Below are positions 11,759-20,679 of a stretch of DNA of 64,000 nucleotides, piece after piece. A program made the translations under genes and the position numbers. The first letter of the stretch is position 1, and every line of letters starts with the position of its first letter. The notes beneath the pieces are model-generated. The model did no database searches. It was not told the DNA's origin and saw only the letters and a list, made by a program, of their open reading frames with translations. Source of the DNA: an uncultured Clostridia bacterium (GTDB lineage: Bacteria; Bacillota; Clostridia; Christensenellales; CAG-917); NCBI GenBank assembly GCA_944358385.1, contig CALVQW010000010.1, positions 3,347-67,346 of the forward strand. Reading direction: 5' to 3'.

Positions 11759-12826
11759 TCATTTCGCCGCGGCGCGGCGCAGGAGCCGTATTACGAAAGG
11801 CACCGCTTTCTTTTCGGCGAGAGTCCAAAGAATGTAGACCGCAAGCCCGCCAAGCAATGCCGCGGGTGCGTCGATGTAGGCAAGGTGTCTGCCCACTCCC
11901 ACCCCGCAGAAATATATCTGCTGGAAAAGGAGAATGTGCAGGGTGCTGCCTGCGATGAACGCCATTACTTTCTGCGCGAAGGTCGCGTCCTTAATTACAA
12001 ATCCCTTCAGGAGCATGACGGTGATCCCCGTGCACCAGAGTGCTTGTTGCAGACACGACCACGCCAGATCCGCCTCATACACTCCCGTCCCGCCGAAAAA
12101 GAACTTTGCCGCCGAGATGACAAAGCCGCCGAGCAGCATCACCGTCACCATGCGCGGCGTGAATTTCTCGTAGTGGAGGAACGCCGTCATACCGCAGGCG
12201 ATGCACACGAAGAAGCGTACGGAGAGGAGCTTGTTCACCCCTTCGAACACGTAGGGATCGAGGGGCATTAACACCCTCTCGCACAGCGCGCCGAACGCGA
12301 CACGCACCGCGAATGCAACGAGCAGCGTCAGAAAGGGACGGCGTTTGAGAGCGAAATAGAAGAAGGGGACGAGCAGAAAGAGCTGCACGAACACGACGAG
12401 ATAATACCCTCCCGCACCCATGCCGCCTTTCACGGTGTTGAGCAACACTTCGGTGACGGGCGCATAGCCGATGAGCGGCAGCACTATGAGCTGCGCGATC
12501 ATGAACACTATGTACGGGATGCCTATCCTCTTGAAGTAGGAAAAGAGATTGCGGCGGGTGTACCAGCCTCGCGGAGAGGCGAGCTTCATTTTTACCGCCT
12601 TCCTGCAATAATTGAACGCGCCTATGATGATGAAAACAGGCACCGCCGCGCCTATCCAGAGTTCGGGCACGCGCACGGCGCGGAAGGTATCGGTGTAACA
12701 ATGCGTCAACACCACGAAAATTATGGCAAGGATCTTGAGCACGTCCATGCCCGGCAGCCTGCCGTAACGTGCGTCACTAGCACCCCAACTATTTATACGT
12801 TCATCAATAAATGCTCCCGCTTGCAT
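11759..12826 (-). CDS. Acyltransferase family 3 integral membrane protein
   Basis: 355 aa and polytopic. The N-terminal motif RYGRLPGMDVLKILAIIFVVLTH is characteristic of the Acyl_transf_3 family. Confidence 0.8.
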   Translation of the reverse strand: MQAGAFIDERINSWGASDARYGRLPGMDVLKILAIIFVVLTHCYTDTFRAVRVPELWIGAAVPVFIIIGAFNYCRKAVKMKLASPRGWYTRRNLFSYFKRIGIPYIVFMIAQLIVLPLIGYAPVTEVLLNTVKGGMGAGGYYLVVFVQLFLLVPFFYFALKRRPFLTLLVAFAVRVAFGALCERVLMPLDPYVFEGVNKLLSVRFFVCIACGMTAFLHYEKFTPRMVTVMLLGGFVISAAKFFFGGTGVYEADLAWSCLQQALWCTGITVMLLKGFVIKDATFAQKVMAFIAGSTLHILLFQQIYFCGVGVGRHLAYIDAPAALLGGLAVYILWTLAEKKAVPFVIRLLRRAAAK

Positions 12827-12871
12827 CTCTTCCCTCTCGCGTTCTCCGCCCTGCCGCGCTCTCCCGAAGCG

Positions 12872-13969
12872 TCATTGCGGACGGTCCTCTCCTCTGTCCG
12901 ATGCGGCACCTATCACCCCTCCGCCCAGGCATACCCTGCCGCGGTAGCACACCGCGTACTGCCCGGGGGCTATGGCACGCTGTTTTTCCGCAAACTCTAT
13001 GCGAACTCCATCCTTTAATATATACGCGTGCGCGCGTTGGAGAGGCTGGCGGTGACGGATGCGCACCTCGCACTCGAAGTCCTCTCCCTCCGGTCGGGTG
13101 ATGAAATTGAACCCTTCCGTCACGAGCGTGTCCTTGAAGAGGACGTCATCCTCTCCCTGTGACACGATGAGAAGATTGCGCTCCACATCCTTGTCGAGGA
13201 CGAACCAGCTCTCGCCGTTGCCCTCCGCACTGCCGCCTATGCCCAGCCCTCTGCGCTGCCCGATGGTATAGTAGTAGACGCCGCGGTGTCTGCCCACCCG
13301 CTTGCCGTCCGCCGTCACGATGTCCCCCTCCTTCATGGGGATGTAGCGGGAAAGGAACTCGCGGAACCTGCGCTCGCCGATGAAACATATCCCCGTGCTG
13401 TCCTTCTTCTCCGCAACGGGTATCGCTTGCGCGCGCGCATACTCGCGCACGTCATATTTATTAAGTCCGCCCAAAGGGAATACGACGTCGTCTAGCTGAC
13501 GTTCCGTCACCTGATTGAGGAAGTAGGTCTGATCCTTGTTCTCGTCCGCGGCGCGAAGCAGGAAATTCCTTCCTCCCTCGTGCGCGATGTCGCAATAGTG
13601 TCCCGTTGCGATGAGATCCGCCCCCAGCCCCCGCGCGAATTTCACGAAAGGTCCGAATTTCACCTCGCGGTTGCACAGCACGTCCGGGTTGGGAGTGCGC
13701 CCCCTGAGGTACTCCTCCACAAAAAGGCGGAACACCCTGTCCATATATTCCGCGGAAAAATCCACCGAGTAGTATGGGATGCCGATCACCTCGCACACCC
13801 GCGCCACGTCCGACCAATCCTTCTCCCCCGTGCACACGCCGTCCTCGTCCTCGTCCTTCCAATTGGACATGTAAAGTCCCACCACGTCAAAACCCTGCTC
13901 TTTGAGCAGGCTCGCGGCAACGGCGGAATCCACTCCGCCGCTCATTCCGACCACAACGCGCTCGGACAC
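12872..13969 (-). CDS. mnmA: tRNA 2-thiouridine(34) synthase MnmA
   Basis: VVVGMSGGVDSAVAASLLKEQGFDVVGLYM PP-loop and full-length similarity to MnmA. GTG start with GGAGG 6 nt upstream. Confidence 0.93.
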   Translation of the reverse strand: MSERVVVGMSGGVDSAVAASLLKEQGFDVVGLYMSNWKDEDEDGVCTGEKDWSDVARVCEVIGIPYYSVDFSAEYMDRVFRLFVEEYLRGRTPNPDVLCNREVKFGPFVKFARGLGADLIATGHYCDIAHEGGRNFLLRAADENKDQTYFLNQVTERQLDDVVFPLGGLNKYDVREYARAQAIPVAEKKDSTGICFIGERRFREFLSRYIPMKEGDIVTADGKRVGRHRGVYYYTIGQRRGLGIGGSAEGNGESWFVLDKDVERNLLIVSQGEDDVLFKDTLVTEGFNFITRPEGEDFECEVRIRHRQPLQRAHAYILKDGVRIEFAEKQRAIAPGQYAVCYRGRVCLGGGVIGAASDRGEDRPQ

Positions 13970-14144
13970 GATCGACCTCCGAGGAAAGGATAATTAAATT
14001 ATACCCCGCCCTATCCCAAAGTCAAGCGCACTTATTCGAGACGTACACAAAGGCTGCTCTATCAAGCTGCTCGTTAATACGCCCAAACCGTGAGCTCATC
14101 GGAACACAAGGGGGGCGGGCGGGTGGGGAACACTTGTCAGTTTA

Positions 14145-14369
14145 TCAAGAGTGTTTTGTGCTGCCGCCGCTCGGCAAAGCGCAAAACTCAAAGCGGTTTT
14201 CGGTGATGCCGATCAGATCGGACTGTGCCAAGATATCCAACGAGACCCATGCGCGCACAAATTCTATAAGGTCGGGCTCATCACAAAACAACGCCGCGAC
14301 CTCGTAGGCATTCACCCTCCCCTTTTCGTTGACGTAACTCAAAATTTTTTCAAGCTGATCGCACATCAT
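14145..14369 (-). CDS. Small hypothetical protein (74 aa), divergent from the XRE regulator
   Basis: ORF only, with a weak SD. The segment LEKILSYVNEKGRVNAYEVAALF is winged-helix-like. The local sequence is AT-richer than the flanks. Confidence 0.4.
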   Translation of the reverse strand: MMCDQLEKILSYVNEKGRVNAYEVAALFCDEPDLIEFVRAWVSLDILAQSDLIGITENRFEFCALPSGGSTKHS

Positions 14370-14404
14370 ATACGCAGTCTCGCTCTCATCTTCTTAAACC
14401 TGCA

Positions 14405-14437
14405 ATATCCAAGGATATAACTTATCTCTAAGGATAT
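14405..14437. promoter_or_regulatory. Candidate operator in the divergent intergenic region
   Basis: Palindrome ATATCC-aa-GGATAT (14405-14418) plus a second aaggatat half-site at 14430-14437, directly upstream of the XRE gene. Confidence 0.45.
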
Positions 14438-14440
14438 TGC

Positions 14441-14671
14441 TTGCGGGCTAAAATGTCAACCATGAAAGTCATCCTCGCCGAAAGATTGTCCTATCTGATG
14501 AAAATAGAAATGCTCTCACAGTCGGAACTTGCGCGCAAGATCGACATAAGCCAAAGCGCAGTCTGCAACTGGCTGAACGGCAAGAAAGAGCCGAGCATCG
14601 AGAGCCTTTGGAGACTTGCGGATTACTTCGACGTGACTGTCGACTATCTCATCGGCAGGGAAAAGGACTGA
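14441..14671 (+). CDS. XRE-family helix-turn-helix transcriptional regulator
   Basis: LSQSELARKIDISQSAVCNWLNGKKEPSIESLWRLADYFDVTVDYLIG is a classic HTH_3 sequence. TTG start at 14441 has AAGGA 6 nt upstream; ATG alternatives lie at 14453 and 14462. Confidence 0.85.
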   Translation: MRAKMSTMKVILAERLSYLMKIEMLSQSELARKIDISQSAVCNWLNGKKEPSIESLWRLADYFDVTVDYLIGREKD

Positions 14672-14711
14672 CGGTATACGAGCCCGAGACACTCGTTCAT
14701 CCAAAATGCAA

Positions 14712-14746
14712 TAACAAAAACGCGGGTTTATCCCGCGTTTTTGTTT
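14712..14746. terminator. Bidirectional terminator between the XRE gene and cysK
   Basis: acaaaaacgcggg ttta tcccgcgtttttgtttg: a GC stem flanked by an A-run and a T-run. Confidence 0.75.
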
Positions 14747-14767
14747 GTTCAAGTCTTTGTTGCGGTG

Positions 14768-15664
14768 TCAGCGGTAGAGCTCTGCGGGATAACGGTCGGA
14801 GCGGTCGGGAAGGATGGCGAGGATGTCGCCCTGCATTTTCTCCCTCAGCATACGCGCGCCCAGCACCGCCGCCGCGGAGGAGATGCCGCACTTCAAACCA
14901 TGTGTGCGGCAGAGCGCGCCCACCTCTTTCACCGCGTCCTCTCCCCTCACCGTGAGGATGCCGTCAAAGGCGGAGGTGTTCACCAGCGCGGGGATGAAGT
15001 TCGCCCCTATGCCCTGTATGAGATGCGCGCCCGCGCGCCCCTCGCTCATGAGAGGGCTTTCGGCGGGTTCGAGCGCGAAGACTTTGCAGTCCAAGCCGTG
15101 CGCGGTGATGTATTTCTTGATGCCCATAGCCGTGCCGCCGCTGCCCACGCCCGCGACGATGGCTTTGACGGAGGACAATGCGGAGAAGATCTCCGGCGCG
15201 GTGGTCTCGAAATGCGCGGTGACGGAGGAGGGATTGGCGAACTGATCCGCAAAAAAGCCGCCGCTCTCCCTGACTATGCGTTTTGCCTCGGCGACCGCGC
15301 CGCCCATGCCTTCCGCGGCGGAGGTGAGGACAAGCTGCGCACCGTAGTCCGCAAGCATCTTCCTCCTCTCCTCGCTCATGCTCTCGGGCATGGTGAGGAT
15401 GACGGGGATGCCCAGAAGCCCGCAGACATAGGCAAGACCTATGCCCGTGTTGCCGCTGGTGGCTTCCACCACGGGCGCGCCCTCGCGGAGCGCACCGCTT
15501 TCAAGCGCGTCGCGGATGATGTAGAACGCAGCTCTGTCCTTTATGGAACCCGCGGGATTCTTGCCCTCGTCCTTGCCGAAAATGCCCTCTCCGAGGGGAA
15601 TGACGGGGGTGTGCCCTATGCTTTTTGCGATGTCGCCGAGCAATGCTTTGGTTTTTTCGGTCAT
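14768..15664 (-). CDS. cysK: Cysteine synthase A (O-acetylserine sulfhydrylase)
   Basis: NPAGSIKDRAAFYII (PLP lysine motif), GNTGIGLA, and full-length CysK similarity. ATGA overlap with the upstream gene. Confidence 0.92.
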   Translation of the reverse strand: MTEKTKALLGDIAKSIGHTPVIPLGEGIFGKDEGKNPAGSIKDRAAFYIIRDALESGALREGAPVVEATSGNTGIGLAYVCGLLGIPVILTMPESMSEERRKMLADYGAQLVLTSAAEGMGGAVAEAKRIVRESGGFFADQFANPSSVTAHFETTAPEIFSALSSVKAIVAGVGSGGTAMGIKKYITAHGLDCKVFALEPAESPLMSEGRAGAHLIQGIGANFIPALVNTSAFDGILTVRGEDAVKEVGALCRTHGLKCGISSAAAVLGARMLREKMQGDILAILPDRSDRYPAELYR

Positions 15665-16458
15665 GATCCCTCCTTGGCGGCGGCAGCCGCCTCCTCAAAA
15701 AGCGCGGCTATGCTCTCGGACGCGCACACTACGATGCCGTCCGTGCCGAGTGCGTACTCCCCGCCGTTCACGGACAGCGCGATGCCGCCCGCTTCCTCCG
15801 CGATGAGCCAACCCGGCACGATGTCCCAAAGATTGCGGGTGTACATCATCATACCGTCCGTCCTGCCGCTCGAAAACCACGCGAAAGCCACGCTCGCCGC
15901 CCCGAAATGGCGGAGCTTGGACACGCGGTCGTAAAGATATCTCACGCGCGCGATCTGCCCTTCGGCGTGCGCCGCCGTCTTGTGGGAGTAGTCCCCCACG
16001 CTCACAACGGCGTCCTCCGCCACTCTCCCCGAGACGGAAACGGGCTGACCGTTGAGCATAGCTCCCCCGCCGCGCACCGCGGTGTACATCTCCTCATACC
16101 GCGGGAGATAGATGGCGGCGGCTCTCGGCACGCCGTCCACCGCGAACGCGCATTGCACCCCGAAAAGGGGCAGCCCGTGTGCCATGTTCACCGTGCCGTC
16201 GATGGGATCCACCGTCCACGCCCTGCCCGCAGGAAGCTCCCTCAACGGGTTGAGTTCCTCCCCCACGACGACGTCTCCGGGGAAGCTCTCGGCTATCGCC
16301 CCGTCGATGTATCTCTCCATCGCAACATCCATATCAGTGACAAGGTCGAACGCCCCTTTGCCGCGGGTGTTGAGAGCGAGATGCTCGCACTTTATCCATG
16401 CCTCGCGCATGACACGCGTCAAAAACGCAAGTTCCTTCTTTCCGTCGCTTTTCATCAT
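15661..16458 (-). CDS. Inositol monophosphatase family protein (SuhB-like)
   Basis: Motifs GEELNP, WTVDPIDGTVNMAHG and WDIVPG. The start is uncertain (ATG at 16458 or 16455 after GGAG; the track starts at a TTG at 16479). Confidence 0.85.
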   Translation of the reverse strand: MMKSDGKKELAFLTRVMREAWIKCEHLALNTRGKGAFDLVTDMDVAMERYIDGAIAESFPGDVVVGEELNPLRELPAGRAWTVDPIDGTVNMAHGLPLFGVQCAFAVDGVPRAAAIYLPRYEEMYTAVRGGGAMLNGQPVSVSGRVAEDAVVSVGDYSHKTAAHAEGQIARVRYLYDRVSKLRHFGAASVAFAWFSSGRTDGMMMYTRNLWDIVPGWLIAEEAGGIALSVNGGEYALGTDGIVVCASESIAALFEEAAAAAKEGS

Positions 16459-16549
16459 TTCTCCGAGTTTATCGTGCAAAATCGCCCGATAAACATTGCA
16501 TTTTGTGTTATTCCTTTGTGCGATTTCTCGGCGTACTCCGCCCCTTGCG

Positions 16550-17014
16550 TCACTTTTTAAGCACCTTTGCCTTGCCCGTGACCGAGCCGAGATCTATGCG
16601 GTAGACGCCCGTCCGCGCTAGGCTCGCCGCCACTTCGTCATCGAATGCGGGCATATGCTCCGGGGTGTATTTCTCCGCGATGAGGCGCAGCGCGTGCAGC
16701 TTCTCGGCGTCCTCCGTGACCTCGCGGCACACTCCGTCCGCCATCGCGCACTCGTATCCCGTGGTGAACTTGTCCTTCGCCCTCTCCACGTCACCGACGC
16801 ACACAACGTGTACGGCGGGAGAATGAAGGATGCAGTCTATCTTTCTGCCCTCTTTCGCGGTGTGGAAAAAGAGTGCGTCGCCCTCTCTCACCGCGCTGAC
16901 GGGGGCGGCGTAAGGCTCGCCCTCCGGCGTCACGAAGGACACCACCGTCCACTCGCACTTGTCCATGACCGCGAGCGCGAACTCGCGGGACATCTCTCTG
17001 TCCTTTCTTCTCAT
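16550..17014 (-). CDS. Pyridoxamine 5'-phosphate oxidase family FMN-binding protein (NimA-like)
   Basis: 154 aa. MRRKDREMSREFALAVMDKCEWTVVSF... is typical of this split-barrel family. Confidence 0.8.
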   Translation of the reverse strand: MRRKDREMSREFALAVMDKCEWTVVSFVTPEGEPYAAPVSAVREGDALFFHTAKEGRKIDCILHSPAVHVVCVGDVERAKDKFTTGYECAMADGVCREVTEDAEKLHALRLIAEKYTPEHMPAFDDEVAASLARTGVYRIDLGSVTGKAKVLKK

Positions 17015-17053
17015 ATCCGCCTCCGCGCTCTATTATAACACCAAACCGCACCC

Positions 17054-17869
17054 CTAGGGCAAGCAGGACGAGGACAAATCCGTTTTCGCCCCTCCGCACT
17101 CTTTGTCGGGGCGGGACTCGCCGCTCAACGCTCTCTCCCGCCGCCACTTTGTGGGCGTCATGCCGTATTCCTCTCCGAAACGCTTGATGAAATGGCTCTC
17201 CGAAGAAAAACCGAGCAGGTAGGCGACTTCGCCCACGGTATACGCGCCCGAAAGCATGGCTTTCGCCGCCTCCAGCTTCCTTCTCGTCACATAGCGCGAC
17301 ACGCTGCACCCCACGCTCTTTCTGAACAGCAGCGAGAGATAATCCCGCGAAAGCCCGCAATACTCCGCAAGCTCGGACAGCGTGATCTTGCCGTGCAGAT
17401 TGCGGCTGATGTGGTTGAGACACTTCCTCACGGGCGGCGGAACATCCGCCGCAGCACCCTTCTCCCCCACGCGTTCCGCAAGTTCGCACGCTCTGCTCAT
17501 CAGGAAGGACATGATCTCCTCTCCCCTTTTCATGCCGTCCACCCGCCTTATGCACTCGTCGCTGAAATTGAAGGCTTCCTTCTCGGCCAAACCGCCCGAT
17601 ATCGCATAGCGGCAGGCGAGCGTGATGCAGCACACGGCAAAATATTTCATCTGCGTGAGCGGATCCGCGGACATACTGCCGACCACTATCCCCTGCGAGA
17701 GATAGTCGTCGAAAAACCTTTTCACGCCCTCTGCGTCCCCCGCCCGGATGCAGGAGTAAAACACCTTTTCCGTCTCGTACGGGGTGTGCGCCACCCCCGC
17801 CTCTCTCTGTGCGAAGGCGGGATCTCTGCCCGCGGGGGCGACCTCTATCTCATAAGGCAGTCTGTCCAT
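17054..17869 (-). CDS. AraC-family transcriptional regulator
   Basis: C-terminal double HTH (LSELAEYCGLSRDYLSLLFRK...VGEVAYLLGFSSESHFIKRFGEEYGMTP). Start chosen at MDRLPYEIE, which has GGAGG upstream; the track ORF extends to 17968. Confidence 0.85.
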   Translation of the reverse strand: MDRLPYEIEVAPAGRDPAFAQREAGVAHTPYETEKVFYSCIRAGDAEGVKRFFDDYLSQGIVVGSMSADPLTQMKYFAVCCITLACRYAISGGLAEKEAFNFSDECIRRVDGMKRGEEIMSFLMSRACELAERVGEKGAAADVPPPVRKCLNHISRNLHGKITLSELAEYCGLSRDYLSLLFRKSVGCSVSRYVTRRKLEAAKAMLSGAYTVGEVAYLLGFSSESHFIKRFGEEYGMTPTKWRRERALSGESRPDKECGGAKTDLSSSCLP

Positions 17870-18161
17870 ATCTCCCTCCCGTGCCTGAGCGAAATAACGC
17901 GATCCGGGCGCGGAACAATTCTTTTCGGCGCTTTTGCACAGCCGGAACTTGCCGATATCCCCATGCAAGACTTAAATACCATTTTAGCACATCTGCCGTA
18001 AAATGTCGTATTTTTGATAATTTTATCGTATTTTTGATATTATTGCCCCTCGCCTTCTTCTACACTTTTCTTGTGTGGACAGCAGAAGTCATCCGCCGGA
18101 CACATGAAAAGCGGGCGGCGGAAAGCGTCAACAGTAACGCAAAAAAAAGGGGGGGGGACAC

Positions 18162-19139
18162 ATGAAAAGCAAAAGCAAGACCGAAGTCACTTTCGCACTC
18201 GCGTCCGCGATGATGAAAAAGGCGGGGCTGGGCGCAGCCGTATCCGCCGAGCCTCTCGGCGCGGGAGAGTTCAACACCGTGCTCGCCGTCACAGTCGAGG
18301 ACGGCAACACTTACGCCCTCAAAGTCGCGCCCGCGGCGGACGCCGACGTCCAACTCTACGAAAAGGATATGATGCGCGCCGAAGTGCATTGGTACTCCCT
18401 CATGCGCGAGCGCACCGACATCCCCGTGCCGGAGGTCTTTTACGCGGACTTCTCGCGGGAGCTGATCCCTGCGGATTGGTTCGTCATGAGCATGATAGAA
18501 GGCAGGCATCCCGGCGGCGAAAAGGGGGAGGACGCGCAGGCACTCGCCGAACAACTCGCACGCATGGCGGCGTCCATGCACAAGGTGAAGGGCGAGGGGT
18601 TCGGATATGTGCAGCGCGGCTTGCACCCCACCTGGCACGACGCCGTCCGCGCCATGACGGAGGACCTCCTCCGCGACGCGGAAAAGAAAGGAGTGCGCTC
18701 CCGCAGGGGAGAAAAGCTCCTCCGTCTCATCGACCGCTATGCCGACACGCTGAACGAGGCGGAATGCCGCATGGTCAACTATGACATCTGGATGCCCAAC
18801 ATCATCGTGCAGGAGACCGCGCAGGGCAAGAAATTCTGGTGGATAGACCCCGAACGCAGCTTTTGGGGAGATCCCGTCGCGGACTTCGTGTGCCTGGAAT
18901 TTTTCAAACCTTTCCGCAAAAAAACTTTGAGCGCGAAGGCGTACAACGAGCGCGCCGACATCCCCGTCACCCTCTCCCGCGGCGAAGAGATCCGCTGGGG
19001 AGTGATGATGGCGTACATGGGCTTGCTGCAAGAGGTGGAGAAACACTACCGCTACACTCCCCTGATGTTCGGGTGGTGGCGCAACGTGCTGAGTTCCGCC
19101 CTCGTCTACCGCGCGGGTTTCAAAGCATTGAAAAAATGA
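18162..19139 (+). CDS. Phosphotransferase (APH / choline-kinase-like) family protein
   Basis: LGAGEFNTVLAV...YALKV, catalytic NYDIWMPNIIV and WIDPERSFWGDPVADF motifs. Confidence 0.85.
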   Translation: MKSKSKTEVTFALASAMMKKAGLGAAVSAEPLGAGEFNTVLAVTVEDGNTYALKVAPAADADVQLYEKDMMRAEVHWYSLMRERTDIPVPEVFYADFSRELIPADWFVMSMIEGRHPGGEKGEDAQALAEQLARMAASMHKVKGEGFGYVQRGLHPTWHDAVRAMTEDLLRDAEKKGVRSRRGEKLLRLIDRYADTLNEAECRMVNYDIWMPNIIVQETAQGKKFWWIDPERSFWGDPVADFVCLEFFKPFRKKTLSAKAYNERADIPVTLSRGEEIRWGVMMAYMGLLQEVEKHYRYTPLMFGWWRNVLSSALVYRAGFKALKK

Positions 19140-20518
19140 AAGACACGACGACAAAGACGGAACGCCTCGCATCCGGCAGCGTCAGGCAGCAGGTGCTGAG
19201 TTTCGCGCTCACCGCGCTTGCGGGGCTGGTGTTCAACTCCGTCTATTCTCTCACGGACGCCCTCTTTGTGGGACGCGGAGTGGGAGACGCGGCAATGGGC
19301 GGCGTCTCCGCCGTCTATCCCTTTGTCATCCTGCAAAGCGCGATAGCCACCACAATAGGCGGCGGCGCGGCGTCCATCGTCTCCCGCTCCCTCGGCAGCG
19401 GAGACAAAAAACGCGCCGCAACGGTCACGCTGAGTGCGATGGCGGCATTCTACGTAACGGCGGTGCTTGTGACCGCGGTGGGCTTTACCGCCATGCCCCG
19501 CTTGCTCTCCGCGATGGGAGCAACGGGGGAACTCTATGAACACGCAAGGACCTACTTCATCATCATCCTCGCGGGCAACGTCTTTTCGACGGGGTTTTCT
19601 TCTATCATCCGCGCGGAAGGTGGCAGCCTCTATTCCCTGCTCATCTGGATCATCCCCATCTCCGTCAACGTCGCCCTCGACGCGGGATTGATCCTCGGCG
19701 CGGGGCTGGGCGTCGCAGGCTCCGCCGCGTCCACTGTGGCGGCGCAGTTCATCAGCTTCTCGATGAGCGTTCTGTGGTTCGCGCGCTTCTCCTCTATGGA
19801 GCTGAAAAGTGCGCGCCCAAGCCTCTCCGCCGTGCGCGCCATAGTCGGCATAGGAGTGCCGTCACTCGTACAAATCGGAAGTTTATCGCTCATTTCTCTC
19901 ATAATAAACAACCGTTTGAGCATTTACGACGGCGAGACCGCCGTCACGGCATACGGCTATATGTCCCGTCTTATCACCTTCGCCGTCGCGCCCTTTACGG
20001 CACTTGCGCAAGCCCTCTCCCCCGTCGCGGGGTTCAACTACGGCGCGGGAAAAAGCGACCGTCTCCGCACCTCGGTGCGATTCACCGCTCTGCTCGCGGC
20101 GGGGTGCGCCGCGGCTCTCATGTCGGTCGCGGGCGGAGGCGCGGACGCACTGATGCGCATCTTCACCGCGGACGACGGCATACTGCGTTACGGAGGGAAG
20201 GGGCTGCGGCTGCTCGCGCTCTCCCTGCCCTTCCTGCCCGCAGGCATGCTCGCGGGCGCGCTCATGCAGTCTGTGGGCGCAAAGCTTCCCTCCCTGCTCT
20301 GCTATGCGGCACAACCTCTCCTCTTTCTCCCCCTCGCATTCCTGCTGCCGCTCGCAATGGGAGGCGAAGGACTTTGGTGGGCGTTCGTCATCTCCTCCGC
20401 GCTCGCCGCAGGAGTCTCGCTCGCCGTCCTTTACCTGCGCCGCAGCGCGCTGCTCGCAGCCCCGCCGTATGTGCGTTGCCTGCCCGAAAATACGCCCGGA
20501 ACACCGGCGGACACCTAA
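19136..20518 (+). CDS. MATE family efflux transporter
   Basis: 460 aa and polytopic. The N-terminus MKDTTTKTERLASGSVRQQVLSFALTALAGLVFNSVYSLTDALFVGRGVG is typical of MATE. ATGA coupling to the kinase gene. Confidence 0.88.
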   Translation: MKDTTTKTERLASGSVRQQVLSFALTALAGLVFNSVYSLTDALFVGRGVGDAAMGGVSAVYPFVILQSAIATTIGGGAASIVSRSLGSGDKKRAATVTLSAMAAFYVTAVLVTAVGFTAMPRLLSAMGATGELYEHARTYFIIILAGNVFSTGFSSIIRAEGGSLYSLLIWIIPISVNVALDAGLILGAGLGVAGSAASTVAAQFISFSMSVLWFARFSSMELKSARPSLSAVRAIVGIGVPSLVQIGSLSLISLIINNRLSIYDGETAVTAYGYMSRLITFAVAPFTALAQALSPVAGFNYGAGKSDRLRTSVRFTALLAAGCAAALMSVAGGGADALMRIFTADDGILRYGGKGLRLLALSLPFLPAGMLAGALMQSVGAKLPSLLCYAAQPLLFLPLAFLLPLAMGGEGLWWAFVISSALAAGVSLAVLYLRRSALLAAPPYVRCLPENTPGTPADT

Positions 20519-20608
20519 CGATGAAAAGCCGACACGTTTTCTTTTCGGAACGTATGCTAGGGAACTTGCCAGCAGTATTAAAACAAATATCCCGCATATC
20601 TCTTGTGC

Positions 20609-20640
20609 AAAAGCCCCGCATTTCTGCGGGGCTTTTGCTT
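20609..20640. terminator. Bidirectional terminator between convergent genes
   Basis: aaaagccccgca tttc tgcggggcttttgc. Confidence 0.8.
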
Positions 20641-20679
20641 AGGAGGTACAATTTGCATGCGCCGAGGCATGCGGTATGT

